NCBI GenBank assembly: GCA_030141605.1
Contig: JAQGDQ010002503.1
Span: forward strand, 1-17,309
DNA length: 17,309 nucleotides
Direction of reading: 5' to 3'
DNA from: Tubiluchus corallicola
Lineage: Eukaryota; Animalia; Priapulida
Shown here: piece by piece, positions 15,869 through 17,309 of the stretch
Layout: each line of letters starts with the position of its first letter
How positions within the stretch are numbered: position 1 is the stretch's first letter
Notes under the pieces: model-generated
The model's input: only the letters and a program-made list of their open reading frames with translations
What the model was told of the DNA's origin: nothing
Databases searched by the model: none
Position numbers and translations under genes: made by a program

Positions 15869-17263
15869 ATGCGAGACAAGCAAAAAACAATAAAAAAAGC
15901 AGTGACACTAAAAGGGAAAGGTTTGCATACAGGTAAGGAAGTAACTTTTACTTATAAACCAGCTCCTGAAAATTATGGATATAAAATAAAAAGAATAGAT
16001 ATTGATGGAGGACCAGAAGTTGAGGCTGTTGCAGAACATGTGGCTTCTACGGATAGAGGAACTGTACTAAAAAAAGGTGATTGTGAGATATATACACCTG
16101 AGCATTCGCTGGCAGCTGCTTATGCCTTAGGAATAGATAACTTATTGATAGAGATAGATGCTCCTGAAGTACCAATAATGGATGGTAGTTCAAAGTATTT
16201 TATAGAGGCAATAAAAAAGGTTGGTGTAGAGGAGCAGAAAGCAGAGAAAGACTATTTTGAAATAACTGAGAAGTTAGAATATCACGATGAGGAAACTGGC
16301 ACTAAAATAGTAGGCTTGCCTGACTCTTACTTTAGTGTAGATACACATATTTCCTTTGTTTCTACTGTTTTGAACAATCAGTATGCTGTGTTAGAGAGGC
16401 TTGAAGATTTTGAGAAAGAGATAGCAATGTGTCGAACTTTTGTTTTTTTTAGAGAGTTAGAGTCTTTGTTGAAAAGTGATTTGATAAAAGGGGGAGATCT
16501 CAAAAATGCAATTGTTATATTGGATAAAGATGTAACACAAGAGGAAGTAGATAAGCTGGCTAAAGCGTTTAATCATCATTCAGTGAAAGTTAAACCTCAA
16601 GGGATTTTCAACAATCTAAAATTACATTATGAGAATGAACCTGCAAGGCATAAACTACTAGATGTTGTAGGTGATTTGGCATTGGTAGGTAAGCCAATAA
16701 AGGGAAAGATAATTGCTACCTGTCCAGGACATAGAGCTAATACTAATTTTGCTAAAATTATAAGGGATATTATAGTTAAGGAAGTTTTAGTTTCAACACC
16801 TCCAAAGATAGATTTATTGGCGGAACCATTGTTGAACATTGATAAAATACAGAAATTGTTGCCGCATCGTCCTCCGTTTTTGCTTGTGGATAGGATATAT
16901 AGTATTACAAAAGATAGCATTGTTGGGGTGAAGAATGTTACAATGAATGAGCCTTTTTTTGTGGGACATTTCCCTGATGAACCTGTGATGCCAGGTGTGT
17001 TACAGATTGAAGCAATGGCACAGGCAGGAGGTATATTTGTGCTTCATCAAGTGGAAGAACCAGAGAAGTATTCTACTTATTTTTTGAAGTTAGATGCAAT
17101 AAAGTTTAGAAAGAAAGTAGTGCCTGGAGACACGCTTGTTTTTAAATTAAAACTTTTAACTCCTATTAGGAGAGGTATTGTAAATATGGAAGGTAGAGCC
17201 TTTGTAGGTAGTAGCATTGTGGCAGAAGCAGTGTTAATGGCTCAGGTAGTAAAGACAAAATAA
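15869..17263 (+). CDS. lpxC: Bifunctional UDP-3-O-acyl-GlcNAc deacetylase / 3-hydroxyacyl-ACP dehydratase (LpxC-FabZ)
   Basis: LpxC motifs GKGLHTG, PEH, EVPIMDGSS, RTFVF and HKLLD. FabZ motifs LPHRPPFLLVD and GHFPDEPVMPGVLQIEAMAQ. Confidence 0.97.
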   Translation: MRDKQKTIKKAVTLKGKGLHTGKEVTFTYKPAPENYGYKIKRIDIDGGPEVEAVAEHVASTDRGTVLKKGDCEIYTPEHSLAAAYALGIDNLLIEIDAPEVPIMDGSSKYFIEAIKKVGVEEQKAEKDYFEITEKLEYHDEETGTKIVGLPDSYFSVDTHISFVSTVLNNQYAVLERLEDFEKEIAMCRTFVFFRELESLLKSDLIKGGDLKNAIVILDKDVTQEEVDKLAKAFNHHSVKVKPQGIFNNLKLHYENEPARHKLLDVVGDLALVGKPIKGKIIATCPGHRANTNFAKIIRDIIVKEVLVSTPPKIDLLAEPLLNIDKIQKLLPHRPPFLLVDRIYSITKDSIVGVKNVTMNEPFFVGHFPDEPVMPGVLQIEAMAQAGGIFVLHQVEEPEKYSTYFLKLDAIKFRKKVVPGDTLVFKLKLLTPIRRGIVNMEGRAFVGSSIVAEAVLMAQVVKTK

Positions 17264-17293
17264 GTAGCAGTTTAATGTAAATAAAATTATTTT

Positions 17294-17309
17294 ATGAGGC
17301 AACCATTAG
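17294..17309 (+). CDS. lpxA: Probable start of UDP-GlcNAc O-acyltransferase LpxA (3'-partial)
   Basis: ATG AGG CAA CCA TTA G reads MRQPL(A). This matches the M.QPLAY start of Bacteroidota LpxA and its usual place after lpxC-fabZ. Only five codons are visible. Confidence 0.6.

Noticed and set aside
9458-16920. Short antisense ORFs at 9458, 11819, 13028, 15290 and 16627
   Set aside because: Shadow ORFs of conserved genes with no independent evidence.
15869-17263. LpxC-FabZ fusion as a novelty
   Set aside because: This fusion is well known and standard in Bacteroidota.

Overview
AT-rich bacterial chromosomal segment that looks like Bacteroidota. The evidence is the LpxC-FabZ fusion, a DUF4831-like gene next to nnr, a tandem rhomboid pair and TAnnTTTG -7 promoter boxes. 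Content is mostly housekeeping. From left to right: a broken htrA/degP fused to the 3' end of an unrelated gene, mmcQ/yjbR, a minus-strand run nnr-DUF4831-trpB-trpA-queC-tsaE followed by a frameshifted alanine dehydrogenase-like gene, an orphan ORF, two rhomboid proteases, comEC, an OmpA-family protein, miaA, rplS, lpxC-fabZ and the first codons of probable lpxA. I found no mobile element, CRISPR array, tRNA or rRNA, and no clearly new multi-gene system. The best leads are the htrA chimeric junction, an Ald paralog with substituted catalytic residues split at a slippery T_TTA_AAA site, trpBA detached from other trp genes, a non-triplet tandem repeat upstream of trpBA, and an OmpA linker repeat that multiplies D-T-V O-glycosylation motifs. 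Several defects in the first 2 kb may be sequencing or assembly artefacts. All family calls come from motif recognition, not database searches.
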